From Bigelowiella natans CCMP2755 (lineage: Eukaryota; Protista; Cercozoa): DNA of 55,578 bases. The notes beneath the pieces were generated by a model. That model was not told the origin of the DNA. It saw only the letters and a list, made by a program, of their open reading frames with translations, and searched no databases. Shown here piece by piece: positions 1 through 13,523 of this stretch. Within the stretch, counting starts at the first letter, position 1; every line of letters begins with the position of its first letter. The DNA is taken from NCBI GenBank assembly GCA_000320545.1, contig ADNK01000404.1, forward strand, positions 1-55,578, given 5' to 3'. Made by a program: the position numbers and the translations under genes.

Positions 1-719
1 GCAGCAGTGACAACGGAATGAGATCATCTTCAGCGAAAGTTTGCTCCAGAATGCTCGTGGTAGATGAAGGAAAAGAAGAGGAGAATGGGGGGGGAGGCGG
101 GCTAGAAGTTAGAGGCGACAGCGACGATGGTTGCGACGTGAAGGAAACTAAACATCGTGGTCTTCGTGCCCCCCACCACTCGACCCCATCTCTCCTCGAC
201 GGCGAAAGCAGGAAAGGGGAGGAGGGGGAGGAGGAGGAGGACCGGGAGAGTCAAAGTTTTTTTCTCAATCGTACGGCAAGATTGGTAGTAGCCCCCATCG
301 TCATCATCATCGTCATCATCATCATCGTCGTCGTCGTCGTCGTCGTAGTAGTATTGATTAAACTTGTTTGTTTTGTTAATGAAGGTTTGGGAGGTACTCA
401 GTTATCCCTTCTTGGTTGCGCAGGTAGGAGCTAGCCCGTCCTCCCCCCCCCCTCCCCCCCCCGTTGGTGGTGTTTCTCTCGATCGAATTTGTCCTTTTTT
501 TTTTTAATAAATCGCTCTCTCTCTTTCTCTCTCTCTTTCTCTTTCTCTTTCTCTTTCTCTTTCTCTCTCTCTTTTCCTCTGCGTAATTCTTCTTCCCCAT
601 CATCATCATCATCATCATCACCACCACCACCTCTATAATCAATCTTGCCCGTTATCCTAGGACCTCCTCATGTCCGTGCTCTACCCCGAGCCGATGAACC
701 TCGTAGACTTGGTAAATAC

Positions 720-753
<34 letters not shown>

Positions 754-903
754 AAATATATTATACATTACTTAATATCACGCGTTCTGCACGTGAGCAG
801 ATCCCAAATTGACGATGTGGCGGTGGTTATGTTGTCGTGATCTATTAGGCGTATACGGTGCTGGTGGCGCTTGCACTGAGCGCTATTATCCGAAGTGAGT
901 CGT

Positions 904-934
<31 letters not shown>

Positions 935-1272
935 CTAGCAGTTGCGGTAGTGATATATTCGTAGCAGCCGAGCTGCTGCTGATGTGTGCGGAGAAGTGGG
1001 GTTCTGAGGGAAGCCATATGGTGCGGAAAGCCAAGTGTTTTTGCCCTTTGCTGTTGTCAATCCCATATCAGATTTTTTTTTGGGTGTTAGAATTGGAACG
1101 ATATTTTGGTCTGCTACACACTGATGCCTGTTTGCCGCCTCCCCCCCCCTCCCACGCCCTTCTTCTTCTTCTTCAACCTAAAAAATAGACGTGTGGCCGA
1201 TTATATACTATGACTACCTGTTCCCCGTGCAGCCTCTACCGCTTCCAACGCAGGTGGTCTACAGGAAAATGA

Positions 1273-1308
<36 letters not shown>

Positions 1309-1317
1309 TATAATACA

Positions 1318-1357
<40 letters not shown>

Positions 1358-1957
1358 ATGTATATATTTACACGAATATTTCATCGAGAAACCGATCGAA
1401 GGTTGTGCATATCTCGTTACGTGCTCCTTGCCTCTTCCTGACGGTACCAATGCAATTCTAATCGAAGGCCGAGGTGGAGGCGTTCTTGGTGTACGCCGAC
1501 TCCAATGACAACGGGATGATCTCGCGCAAGGAGGCCCTCAGGTAGGATTGAGCGCGGCGCGTCTTTTATGCTGATGACGGTGACGGTGACGATGACGATT
1601 TCCCCCTCTTCCTTTTTTTTTTTTTCTCTTCTTGCCACCGTTTGCCGTCCTCTAGTCTGTTCGGCGAGATGGACAAATTTATACGAATGGCGGAGATTGA
1701 GACCTTGTGGTAGGAGGAGTAGGAGTAGTAGTAGTAGGAGTATCAGTAATAGTAGAAGAAGTAGTGTAAGTGGTCGTAGTAGGATGAGGCGCCTGATAGC
1801 CTTACACACAGCTTCCATGCACAGATGATGCTACACACATATCCGTAAAACACAGATATATGACGTGCTACGCATAGGATTTGTGTGGGGGGGGGAGGGG
1901 GGGAGCTGCGTGTGCGTGCGTGTGTGCGTACGAGCGAGCGAGCGCATAACACTACGA

Positions 1958-1992
<35 letters not shown>

Positions 1993-2363
1993 CAATTTCA
2001 ATAATATATAATACATTGATGTACATTTGATGTGCGTAATCTACTCTCATCACCACCATCACGAATAAGGTATACGGTAGAGAAGGCCTTCAAGCGCATG
2101 TTCGAAGGTCTTTCAGCATCACCACACTAGTTTCTATGAGAGAAGGGGGGAGGGGGAGGAATGATCGATGATGTGTGCATGTAGTGCTTCCTATCATATG
2201 CAGCGGCGAAGGCAAATACGTCAATCGTATTGCCCTCAATGTCACTCTCTTCCCCCCCCCCTCCAACCCCCTCCCCAATTGAAAAGAGGAAGAGCGATGT
2301 GGGTACGAAGAAGCTGAGGAGATATTAGAGGTCTAATATGCATCTTTTCTTGTTCATTACGAG

Positions 2364-2403
<40 letters not shown>

Positions 2404-3564
2404 ATATTGTTGTGTGTGAGTGTGAGTGTGAGTGTGTGTATATGTTGTGCGTAGTATACCATGTGTACATGTTGTTTATTCTTCTTCCTCTATTTCTTCT
2501 TCTTCTTCTTCAGGACCTCTCGCTCTTCGACTACCACAATGATTGGCGCGAGCGCTACGATTTCGCGGATAAGTGGGGGGACGGCGACGGTAGCGAGCGT
2601 ACGCGCACAAGCATAGCTGTTTCATTGATTCGAGTTAACGAGGATGGTGCTGCCGATTTGCAGCTCATCATCCGAAGCAGCCCGCCTCCCCTGCTCTTGT
2701 TGATTGATGATGGTTGCACTCAGGCACGCTGGATGTGGAGGAAATGCTTATTATGGTATTGCCGGATATTGTTCCAAGGTAGTGGTGTTGATGGTGATGA
2801 TGGAAGAAGAAGAAGAAGAAGAAGAAGAAGAAGAAGAAGAAGAAGCGAGAAAGCAGCACTGCAGAGTTGGCTTCATTTCTTCGTATGTTCAGTAGAATAG
2901 CATCACACACAAAACAACACGTTCTCTAGCCACCATCACCACCACCACCACCACCACCACCGTATATTCTATACCCTCCGCAGCACTCGGGGCAAATGGT
3001 GGCGGGAATACGAGTTCCCCCTACTGGACAAGAACAGGAATGGCAGGGCGAGCTGGGAGGAGTACCTTGCGCACATGGAGGCATATCATGCGATGGAAGA
3101 GGAAGGCCTTGCTCTGGTAGTAGCTCACAACCCTGATACTCGTCGTATCGTGTACTACTAGTTGTCGTAGTAGTGGAGATAGCAGCAGCAGCAGCAGTAG
3201 TAGTCATTGAATACAACAACCACTAACGTTATCACCCTCACTGACGAGATTCTATAGAAAGAGAGAGAGGGGGGGGGGGGGGGGGGGATAGGAATGAGCC
3301 ACAGAAATGCATGCTGCCTTTGGTCATTACAGCCCAAGCCCTAGCTTCCGCGCATGATGTTTACTCAATCTTCACAGGATGCAATGAAAGAGCAGAAGAT
3401 GTTGTGGTTTTACTACGATGTGGACGCTGATAGGGAGCTGACACCAAATGAGTAGGATGATGCTTCATTTTCGGCCAGAATAAATGATGATGTTGCTTCA
3501 ATACACACGGAGAGAATCTACGCCTTGCAACTGCGGTGTTACGCGTGCTCTTGTTTTCTATATA

Positions 3565-3607
<43 letters not shown>

Positions 3608-4019
3608 TTCTCCTCTCTCCCTCCCCCCTCCGAATCATTACCATCTCACATATCATCATTATCATCATCAACAACAATAACGAAAACAGGTTTGTATCAT
3701 TCTTGCAATCCCAATGGGCCTTCATACGTACGGAGGAGATGTTTAAGCTAGGGGATTTGGTAGTAGTAGTCGTCGTCGTCGTCGTAATAGTAGTAGTAGT
3801 AGTAGTAGTAGTAGTAGCAGGACACAAAAATATCGGCGGATGTTGGAGGGAGGACTTCAAGTAGAAGAAGGAAGGATGAGGAAGAACATTTACTTATGCG
3901 TCCCCCTCTCAATACACATATAAGACTAAATTTCTGATGCTAACTTGCTGCTCCTTACTTTCTGCTTGCTGGATGCCTCGAACATTGTAGAAATAAAACA
4001 CACGACGACGACGACGACG

Positions 4020-4054
<35 letters not shown>

Positions 4055-4260
4055 AACAATAACGTATCTTACAGAACGAGGACGAACAAATATCGAAGAA
4101 AGAGACCCTCGAAGGGCTATCACACTTCAAGAAAACCATTCACCAATTCGGGCGCATGAAACAGCGCCGGCGCCACAACAACGCTAAAGATAGTAGCAGA
4201 AGCAAAAGCGGCAGCAGTAAAGAACAGCAGCCACACGACAGCGTGGAGGATCCGGAGTAA
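1..4260 (+). CDS. CREC (calumenin/reticulocalbin)-like multi-EF-hand Ca-binding protein, multi-exon, 5' end outside window
   Basis: GT-AG spliced exons give EF-hand loops DSNDNGMISRKE (~1490-1535), DKWGDGDGTLDVEE (2570-2745), DKNRNGRASWEEY (~3025-3065), DVDADRELTPNE (~3420-3450) and DL|NEDEQISKKE (intron 3760-4074). Stop TAA at 4258-4260. Loop spacing resembles CREC proteins. Some internal exons are uncertain. Confidence 0.75.
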
Positions 4261-4615
4261 GGCAAACGTCATCACCCTCAGAAACTGATGAATCCTGTCA
4301 TCGCAACCAATATAAGTCGAAATCTAGCGGTTGAAAATAGAATCAAGGAAAGGGTGTAGCGCTCCCTCATATGTATGGAATGAACCGTGTTCTAAAATAT
4401 GATACTACACACAAACCTAACGATATGTATACACACGTCCGATGCATGCATCATCTAGGAATACGTATTGCAGCTACACAATTCGTATTGCTCTTATATG
4501 CAAATTCATGTGCGCAGCTTACCCGCACGTACTGAACGGTAGCTAGCTAAACAACACATTCGCTAGATAGAAGCTGGTGCAAATGTAGATTTAATATATT
4601 GTCAGCGTAAGTGGC

Positions 4616-4703
<88 letters not shown>

Positions 4704-5331
4704 ATCTTCTCTTATTCTCCTCCCAGAGTATGTTTTGTGTGCATAAATAGAGGCGATAGCGAGCCGATCGAGAGAGAGAGAGAGAGAGAGAATCGAAACA
4801 TATATGATAGCAAGATTGTAGCATCTACTGCGCTGACAGGAGGGGTTAGCTGCTAGCCAAAGCAAAAAAGCTAATTGGAGAATGTGCAGATTCAACATTA
4901 GCGCTGTAGCGCTGTAGCCTCTTCATTGCGATGCGCAGCTACATGAGGATGACCATTGAACAAATTAATTGATTCATTACATCCGTCTTACAATGTGATG
5001 CAGCGTGCACATCTAGACATCTTTGATGCTTTTAAATTCATGAAGAACGTAATAGCAGAGACAAATGACACAACATAAACGCTCTAGCTGCTGTTTTGCA
5101 CAGTTACATTAGGAGGACGACCATTACAAATATATATTTAATCACTTCATTACATTCCTCTCACATCTAGACATACACATCATGAGCGCTGTAGCTGCCG
5201 CTCTGCATAGCTACATTAGGATAACAATTAAAAATGTGATCATTTCATTACATCCGTATCATATATGAACTCGCAACCGGCGCGGGCACCATTAGTGCTA
5301 GCGTGCGTTGTTTGCCACTTGCGTACTGAAA
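4261..5331. other. Convergent spacer rich in palindromic words, with three copies of an ~85-bp repeat
   Basis: GTAGCTAGCTA at ~4539, ATGCATGCAT, TCTAGA and AGCGCT. Lies between the 3' ends of a + gene and a - gene. Confidence 0.75.
4908..5268 (+). repeat. Three near-tandem copies (~4908-4992, ~5080-5171, ~5184-5268) of a dispersed ~85-bp repeat
   Basis: Shared consensus AGCGCTSTAGC..GC..TGCAYAGCTACATTAGGATGACCATTGAA-(AT-rich)-TTCATTACATCCGTCTCACAT is visible in all three copies. Confidence 0.85.
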
Positions 5332-6081
5332 TTAGTTTGCCTTTTGCATTCTCCATACTTGCACATTGCTCGGCACGATTCTAGAATCTACTTCATTAAG
5401 CTCATGTGATACCTGTACGATCTCATCTCCAGTCTCCGACACCGATATGCTTCCGACAATGAGCACTTGCCCCGACGTGCTATTCACTTCACGGAACAAT
5501 ACGGTGTTTGGAGGAATTTCAGACATGATGAAGTGAATGGGCCCGTTGCTTCCTTCGGGTGGATCCAGGCGGAATGGAGCACTCTCTCCATTCCCAACGC
5601 CGCTCATGGAAATTTTTCGTTCGACACCGGAGGGAAGGATCACGGAACTCGTAAGGATGCATCGGCCCCCCTCTAATTTACATTGCGTCGTCCCGTTTAA
5701 GACAAGCGGCGTTGCTGAAAGATCAGCTTGGGCGTATCGCATAAAACCGCTATAGAGAATACCATCGATCTTCCTCAGCACGGGAAATGGTGGCGAAGCT
5801 TCCTCGTTTTCTCCTTCAACACGCGCACAGCAAGTAACAGCATCTCCTGAGGTTAGACGTCGTCTTTGTTTTTGTTGGATTATTTTGGGTGCCGTTCTAG
5901 AGCTTAGAGCAGGTTTACAGAATGGTTGGACAAATTTGCTATTGGTGGGAATCCGTAGCCCATTAGTTCTCAAATTAGGCCGGGACGGTCTCACTCTTGG
6001 TCGCGGAGCAGCGCTAATTACTTCGAAAACGAACAGGGATGCGAAGATAAAACAGACTGTGGCAGTCCCTAGTTGCTGCAT
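5332..6081 (-). CDS. Uncharacterised 249-aa protein with a bipartite leader (signal peptide + transit-like peptide), probably plastid-targeted
   Basis: Intronless ATG-to-TAA ORF. Hydrophobic TVCFIFASLFVFEVISA is followed by an Arg/Pro/Ser-rich, acid-poor stretch ending near VTCCA|R, then a globular, beta-rich-looking mature part. Confidence 0.8.
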   Translation of the reverse strand: MQQLGTATVCFIFASLFVFEVISAAPRPRVRPSRPNLRTNGLRIPTNSKFVQPFCKPALSSRTAPKIIQQKQRRRLTSGDAVTCCARVEGENEEASPPFPVLRKIDGILYSGFMRYAQADLSATPLVLNGTTQCKLEGGRCILTSSVILPSGVERKISMSGVGNGESAPFRLDPPEGSNGPIHFIMSEIPPNTVLFREVNSTSGQVLIVGSISVSETGDEIVQVSHELNEVDSRIVPSNVQVWRMQKAN

Positions 6082-6300
6082 GACCGATCAGCGTCGTGTG
6101 CTGCGCCGACCTTGAAGCCCTATGCCCTCAAAACTCAATGTCAGGTTATCACCGAGGGGAGGGGGCTGGTGACACGTGGCCGCACCGTGGCCAACGGCAG
6201 CGAAGGGCAGGAGAAAAACAGAGCCGCTAATTTGCAACTGGAACACGAAATGAGAGCCTGACGCAGCAACCGAACAACAGCCATTTCAATTTTCAAAATA

Positions 6301-6913
6301 ATGTTGTCGCGAGGAAGAAAACCTTCCCATTCCCATCGATACGACAAGGAAATATCGACCCCCTCGGTTCCTCAGGTTAGCCCTACGTCGGAAGCTCTCT
6401 TCGGGTGTTGGGTGGGACAGGAGCAGCGACAGAACTGATGATGATGAACACGGCCCATTTGCAAGCGAAGGGTGCAAGATGATGCCAGCATATGCCTCCG
6501 GCACCTCCTCCAGCCTGAATCAAGGCAGGGAGGGTAGCAGTCCGGGGAATGGTTCGCGCCAAGTGCAGGTTCCAAATTACTTATTGCATTAACCATAATT
6601 TTGAGCCGTGTTTCCGTTGATGTCGAGATAATTGTGTGTAGATTCTAAGATCCCGGGTTGAAAAGAAAGGAGCTTCGATTGAAAAGACTGTGCAACGAAA
6701 GAGAAAGCTGTACACGTCGAGGGGGGTCAAGAAGGATGAGGTAACCTTATCCGCACCCCCCCCCCCCCCCTTCTCTCTCCCTGGTCTCAATCATTTGATC
6801 TATCCTATTTCTCTCTTATTGAGGATCTGGGATTTAAGCTCCTGTTCCCCCCTTCCCACCTCCCCCTACCAAAGAGAGCAGACGAATAGAACTAATATAA
6901 TTATTCAACTTTT

Positions 6914-6956
<43 letters not shown>

Positions 6957-8581
6957 TTTTGATACATCAGATCATTATTGCCATTCCATACGAATGTTGC
7001 ATTAATTCTGATATGGGACGCAGAACGCGATTGGGGAAGCTCATCGCGGAAAAGAGTCTAATACTGAACAAGGAATTCGAGGACCAGATCTACCTTGCGT
7101 TAGTCTATCTGGAAGAAAAGCACAAGCCGGCATCCAACTACAGGGCGCAGTACTTCCAGGGATATCCTACGGAGAGAGACGTATTTCCTGTGTTTTGGCC
7201 GGAGAGCTGCCGGAAATGGCTTCGAGGTTCGTCGATGCAGGCATCAATCGAAGGACTGATTGAATGCATGGAGAGCGAGTATGCCACCCTCCTTAGAGCT
7301 TGCAACGACGGTTCTTTCGCGCGCAGCTGCAGTCTCGCCGACTACACGTGGGCTCGGATGATGGTAACCAGCCGAGCATTTCGGCTGACAATAGGAGGGA
7401 AAGTACAGCGGGTTCTCAGCCCTATCGCCGATATGATGGACCACGCCGAAGAGCGGTGGACAACGTGGCAATACGACGAGGAGCTCAAGGCGCTCACGGT
7501 TGTTGCTCTGGAGGACCGTCCAGCTGGTCAAGAGATTCAATGCCACTACGGCAAGAAATCGGCCAAAAGTTTCTTGCTCTACTATGGATTCTCGCCGTCT
7601 GAGAGTTTACTTTTGAATGGCCGGGGAAGAGACCGCACTAACTTACTGCGGAACAGTCTGCGCTACCCTCACCTCAATGACGTACATTTTGTTATGTTCA
7701 TCCATCCGGACTTCCCGGAGGCTAAACAGAAGCAAGAACTTGTGAACGACAAGTACAAATGCAAAAAGTATGCTATCAGTGCCGACTTCTCATGCAAGAA
7801 GTCCCTCGAGGCGTTGTCCTTTATGCGGCTGCTGCAGGCTGAGGGGGAGGAGGAACTAGCATTGTTACCCAAAATGGGCCCTAATTACGACCTCGAGGCC
7901 TCACCTATAATGCCCCTAACGTTGTGCAATGAAATTAAAACTCTTGAGATGTTGAAGAATCTGTTCGAAGAGCAGAAGTCCGGATACGTTGAAAGTGGGA
8001 GCGAGGAAGACGACGACAGCTGCTGTGGTGAAACCAAAGAAGAGGCGGAGGAAGAGAGGGAGAAGGACGGGGAAGCGAACAGTAAGGGCCAAGTGTCGAA
8101 GGAAAAACGGGGGAAGCAAGAGATGACTCATAAGAAAGATGGAGAGGGGAGGGATTTTGAGGAATGGAATAGGAATCAGCTGAAGAGTGGTCAGAAAAGG
8201 AAGATCCATCACGTGCAGGCGAGGGAGGAGCCTGAGAACCGGGATGAAGAAGAAGAGAAGAAGAGACGAAAGACTAAGAATGAGGAGGAGATAATAGGCG
8301 ATAGAGGGAAAAAGTTAAAATTAGACCCAAAAAGGAGACCCCGAAAAGAAGAAAGCAGGGAGGGGGGACCAGAGCAAAAGGGAAATAAGCTGTCGACTTT
8401 AGATAAGGGGCTATCGAGAAGGAACTGCTCGATCATTGTCAAGGGCGAGCAAATAGTTTGTGATTTCTATATTAGTCTGGTGAATGCGCTGCTTCCCATC
8501 ATAAAGAAAGGCGTTTTCATGGAGAGACCAGTGGACATGGCAGGCCTCCCAGGTACAACAGCAACATCATCGTATGTGTAA
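6301..8581 (+). CDS. SET-domain methyltransferase, SETD3/SETD4/Rubisco-LSMT-like
   Basis: Exon RKLYTSRGVKKDE splices to IIIAIP. Motifs YTWARMMVTSRAF, LSPIADMMDH and GQEIQCHYGKKS..FLLYYGF are followed by an LSMT-like substrate-binding region. Start uncertain (ATG 6301 or 6479). Confidence 0.85.
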
Positions 8582-9957
8582 TGGTAGTGCACCTGCTGAT
8601 AACAATGATAAGACAACGACTATTTGAAACAGTGACCACGGTTCCTATTCGAGTGGTAGTTTGATCTGACGAGATTGCTACTATTCACAGAATGTGTCTC
8701 TGATTACCTGGCATACTTATGGTATTCATTGACGATGCGAAGAGAGGGGCAAGAAGAGATAGGCGAATAATCAAGCCGCTTGCTGAATTATTTATAAGTA
8801 GTATGCTATGCTGGGCACAAGTATATTCTTTGCACACACACGCCCATGCATGTCCAATTCTTATAAGGTAACACCGATCGTGTAAGGCCATCGCATCGAT
8901 TTATGAATAACAAACTGTATGCATGCCATTATAATTATAGAAGAGGAAGCACAGTTGCGCGACCAGGCGGGCTAGCGGGGCATCTGACATGTGCATGCAA
9001 TGGCCAAAGTGGCTTGCTGGGTCACTGCATCGATCGGAATGCGTCAATGAGTCACAGCTAGCTAGCTAGGCATCTATCTATGCTTGTATGATGAATGACT
9101 TCTACTGCTGCGCATGCTAATGCTATATATGCTATGTGTTCGCAATGATGCTAAAAATAACGCAGATCTACGTAGCTAGTAGCTAGGTAGCCTAGATGCA
9201 TACATCTAGTGTCTATATATATGTGACTTCATGTAATGCATTTTTGGCGTAGTGCCTAACTAGCTAACAAGGCTAACCATGCACAGCTAGACAGCTAGCT
9301 AGATCGAGAGACGCTAGAGACGTTACATCGATTTAGCATACATTTAGCCTCAGATCGCAAATTAGAAATGTATACTCTTATTACGCATGATCACAGATTA
9401 GTTATGACTACTATCATGTTTAAAGCTTGTAGGATTGAAGGCGTCGATAGCTATCCTTTCCCACATATATGTAAGCTAATAAGCTGACTGCCGTGACATG
9501 TAGCAGTACTAGGAACATTGTGTAGCACCAAGTCAGACGCTCACTTATGGGCATAAATGTAAATGCATACGCTACATACATACTACAATTTATGCATGCG
9601 ACTTCTTCTTTTCAATCGCCTTTATTTAAGTTGAGTTGACGGTCATGCGTGTCATTGACGGTGCTAAGATGGTGCGTGTTGCTACCACGTTTACCATTAT
9701 TGGGACTAACTAATGCGGGACTAAAAACCATTCAGAGTAAACATCTGTACATGCGGTGAGTAGTGGAATTAATCACATGTACAACGCATGGAATGTACAT
9801 ATGTGTATGTACACATTTGGGGGGGGGGGGGGAGGAGGAGAATCTTACGATGACTCCATCTCAGAGACATTCGTAAGAAAGCGGGTGAGAAAATAGAACG
9901 GTCGTAATTAAAAAACCGTGGTCCTCAGATCCTGGTTCTCGAGTCGCTGATTTGATT
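8582..9957. other. Convergent spacer rich in palindromic words
   Basis: CAGCTAGCTAGCTAGG at ~9056, GTAGCTAGTAGCTAGGTAGCCTAG at ~9172 and ACAGCTAGCTAGATCGA at ~9291, plus many TGCA/CATG words. Confidence 0.75.
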
Positions 9958-11743
9958 TCAATTCCTAAGTGGATGACCTCCCTGTCTCAAAACGCCCTTT
10001 TCTATTTCACGGCGCTTGCTATTGACGGAGGGAGGCCCTGCTTCCTTCCTACGACCATTGGTGGTGGTGCTGTCGATGAACAGCTTATTCTGATGAGCCC
10101 ACACGCAGAGTGATAGGAACTGCGACGGCTTGAGGATTTTCCTCAGCCTCTGTAGGCAGTGTTTCTCGAGATCATGCAAGCTCTTCTCCTTGTTTATCAC
10201 CCGCCTGTTGCTGTTAGGATCCTCCTCGACCAGTTTCATATTAACAGTGGCGAAGGTGGGGAAATTAGGCGAGGGGGAAGACCCCCCCGCTTCGATTTCC
10301 CGTTGTAAGTTATCGTAGGCTTTGCAGAAGGGTTTGAGCTCAAACAGTCCTGCAACCTGCTTCTTGGTTATGCCAATCAGCGTATGGTTGATGAATGACC
10401 TCCAGATACTACTACTGCCCCCCTTCGCCCTGCTACTGCTACTACTGCTGCAGTAAAACTCCTTGTCTTGATCCAGCGCCCAAGCGAGGAAGCGAAGGGG
10501 GGGGCATGCCCGCGACGCTACTTCCCTAAGCTGCTCCTTGTGCTTTGCAGCACGAGAACGGCGTCGTGTGGACGTGAGGACGAAGCTCTTCGCAAACTCC
10601 TCAGGATTGGAGTTAACAGCGTGGGCGAGGGAGCAGAGCTGGGAGCTTTCGTAAGCGTGCATCTTTCCAATTAGCTGCTCGATCGGGTTGCTGCAACTAC
10701 TCCCAGCGCTATTGACCGCCGGATTCAGTTGATGTGCGGGAGGGGGTTGGGGTTTCGGTTGGGATTGGAAATGGGTAGAACAATTAGCACGCCGATGATT
10801 ATCCATTCGATGGATGTATTGGCAGCCGCAATTTTGAACCCTTTGGAGCTTGGATTTGCTCTTGTGGATGTCGGTTTTAAGTCGCTCCACCTTCATGTTA
10901 AGGCGAATAAATCAGATATCATGGATTATTGAAGTTTGTACTGATTGGCTCAAACACTACGTCCCCGCCCTTCCCAAATTTGTTTCATGTTGAATATCAG
11001 AGCCTACATTAACAATGAGTTTATGGACCTCTGAGAACAGAAAATCCATCCTGTCTTTTGCCTTTTGGCGATTTTTTCGCGCCAGTTCGCGCTTCCGACG
11101 CTTCCTCCTGTGAAGACACGAGTGAGTTCACAGAACAGACACTTAAATGCACGCACATAATAGAAAGAGGAGGGGGGAGTGGATAGAATGGGCTAACCTT
11201 TGGGTTTCAGCATCCTCAGCGAGAATGACCGCGCCATCGCGTCCCCGTTTCTCTCTAAAAGTTGATTTCTTCGCCGTCCTTGTTAAGGACGTAGTTTGCT
11301 CTTCACGTTTAATTTGAAGCTTGCCCATAGGGATGACTTCCCTTTTGACATCATGAATTTGTTTTGGATCTTTCGGTTGCTGCTTCTCCTTTTCGCGCAC
11401 CAGAACCTCATAAGCGGCGGGCTCCAGAAGTGTCTGATAGTATTGAGTTTCATATGAGGCAATTTTCAATCATCTCTCGACGCGCTTCCTCCCAATATTT
11501 TTCTCATCAAATCGATCCAAAAATATTATTCCTCCAATGCACAGTATTTGATCATGTGGTTGATTAAAAAGGTTGACATATGATTCATTTCTCTTCAAAA
11601 GTAGCTTCAATTACATCCTTGATGTCAAAGGGCATCGGTTGGCCAGGTACGCTCCCCCGTTCATATTGTGCTTGGATCTCAGATCCAGGAGGCAGTGAGA
11701 AGCAGCTCCAGAGCCCCTTCAATGATTCGAGACTGTTCATCAT
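9958..11743 (-). CDS. bZIP transcription factor
   Basis: Spliced basic region and zipper RRKRRKRELARKNRQKAKDRMDFLFSE|VERLKTDIHKSKSKL (exon ~11030-11107 joined to the exon starting at 10890). Likely start MMNSLES at 11743. Stop TGA at 9958-9960. Confidence 0.8.
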
Positions 11744-12488
11744 CTTGGAAACCTGTCTAAACAGAAACAGGTTAATTAATGTCTATCCATACTTTCGGGC
11801 CTAGAGTAGTTCCTATAATGTCTTCTTAAGAGAGGTTACCTCCTGGATGGCTAGCTTGTCAACACCTATGAAACGACAGCTTTCCCAGTCCAAGGTGAGT
11901 CTCTAGGGGAAGGAGCTTTCTCCTGAGCAGCGATTCGGCTAGCCGAAGACGTGTTGTGCAGTACGAGAAGACGATTTAAGTCTTTTCACTGCACACCTGG
12001 GAAAGAATACGACGCTATTTTACATTAAAACGGTCTTAATAGATGTCGTATCATATATTCGTGAGGATATTTTACAGATATATCCAGCATGGAAGTAGAT
12101 TGCTGTTCGGGCTCATTTGGTACCCTCGATTAAACGGCAAACGCAACCTGTTTCTGCTCTTTTCGAGACGTCAATGTTGAGAAATTCGGCGTCAGCGCCA
12201 CTGCGAAATTCTCACAAAAGTGTTTCTGTGGCAAATAATCCTCATCAATATCCCCTTACGACTCAAGATCTTTGTAGTCGTATTGTAATTTACGAAATTT
12301 CGATGAATTTTCTGCCTGTATTACAACAGAAGGTGCAACTCCTTGTTGTCGTACCTCAAAGATAGATTGGTTTTCTATATTAATAATTAATACTTGTATT
12401 CGTACAATCCGACTTCATGATATCATTGTCGTAGGATGAAACGGGTGATCATCATCTGAAGCTTGTCGCAAAATTTTCACGAACATCA

Positions 12489-13099
12489 ATGGCGTCTCGG
12501 GCCGGTCGGAAAGGCTCGAAGAGCAAAAAGAAATGGACGAGCAGACCAAGTCTTTAAATGCCTCGAATCTCACTTGTTATGTATCTACTATGGCGTGCAT
12601 GTTTTCCCAATTACAGCTTAAACTTCACATTCCATGCAAATGCCATGCAAATCAGCAATGCTGAAATTCTTTTCTCGGATTCTCCGGCCTTTGCGTTCGC
12701 CAGGATATAATAAGAGAAAGATGGAGGTCAGATTTGATGAAGATGATCGAAGGTGAATGGGCTAAAATGCTAGCTGTAATATAATTTAAAATCATTTTTA
12801 TCATTATTATCATTTTGTGAGCAATGTACTGCCGTTGCCAGGGAGTTTCTCACGGGGTTTCACAAGCGAAAACAACAACGGCGGGAAAAGGCAAATAAAA
12901 AAGCTGCAGAGAAGGAAAAATCTGATAGACGTCAGCGGAGGAAGGAGGTTACTCATCTCTTTGTCACATGCAAACTGAACAACAGCTAGTTCGCGCAGGG
13001 TCGTATGATCTACGTGCTTACCACCACTGCATTTTGTAAATGTCTTCCTTAGAGAAGATCACACCAACGTATTATAAATTTACTGGTTGCCTTCCCCCC

Positions 13100-13187
<88 letters not shown>

Positions 13188-13453
13188 CAAATAGAAACGT
13201 GATGCCTCGAGTACGATTAAAACAGGAGTGCAGACGACCTTCACGAAGAGGGAGGAACAGCAACTGAAGGAACTCAAAGAAATTGCCAAGAAGCACACAG
13301 AATATGTGCGTAGATATCCTTGTAAAGTGATGCTAAGTGAATTACTAGTGTTCTGCACTAAAACGCGTGGCAAGTTCCCCCACCCCCCCACACACACATT
13401 TATGTTATACTATTTTAGTAAATTACATACCGTACACACACACACACACACAC

Positions 13454-13523
<70 letters not shown>

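Noticed and set aside
376-4898. Many short ORFs with poly-YI, ER, HT, V or S runs (also at 25142-28186 and 31683-31949)
   Set aside because: These are translations of intronic or intergenic microsatellites.
4908-5268. Repeat-spacer-repeat pattern as a CRISPR array
   Set aside because: Units are ~85 bp, degenerate and irregularly spaced, copies occur in both orientations elsewhere, the context is eukaryotic, and there are no cas genes.
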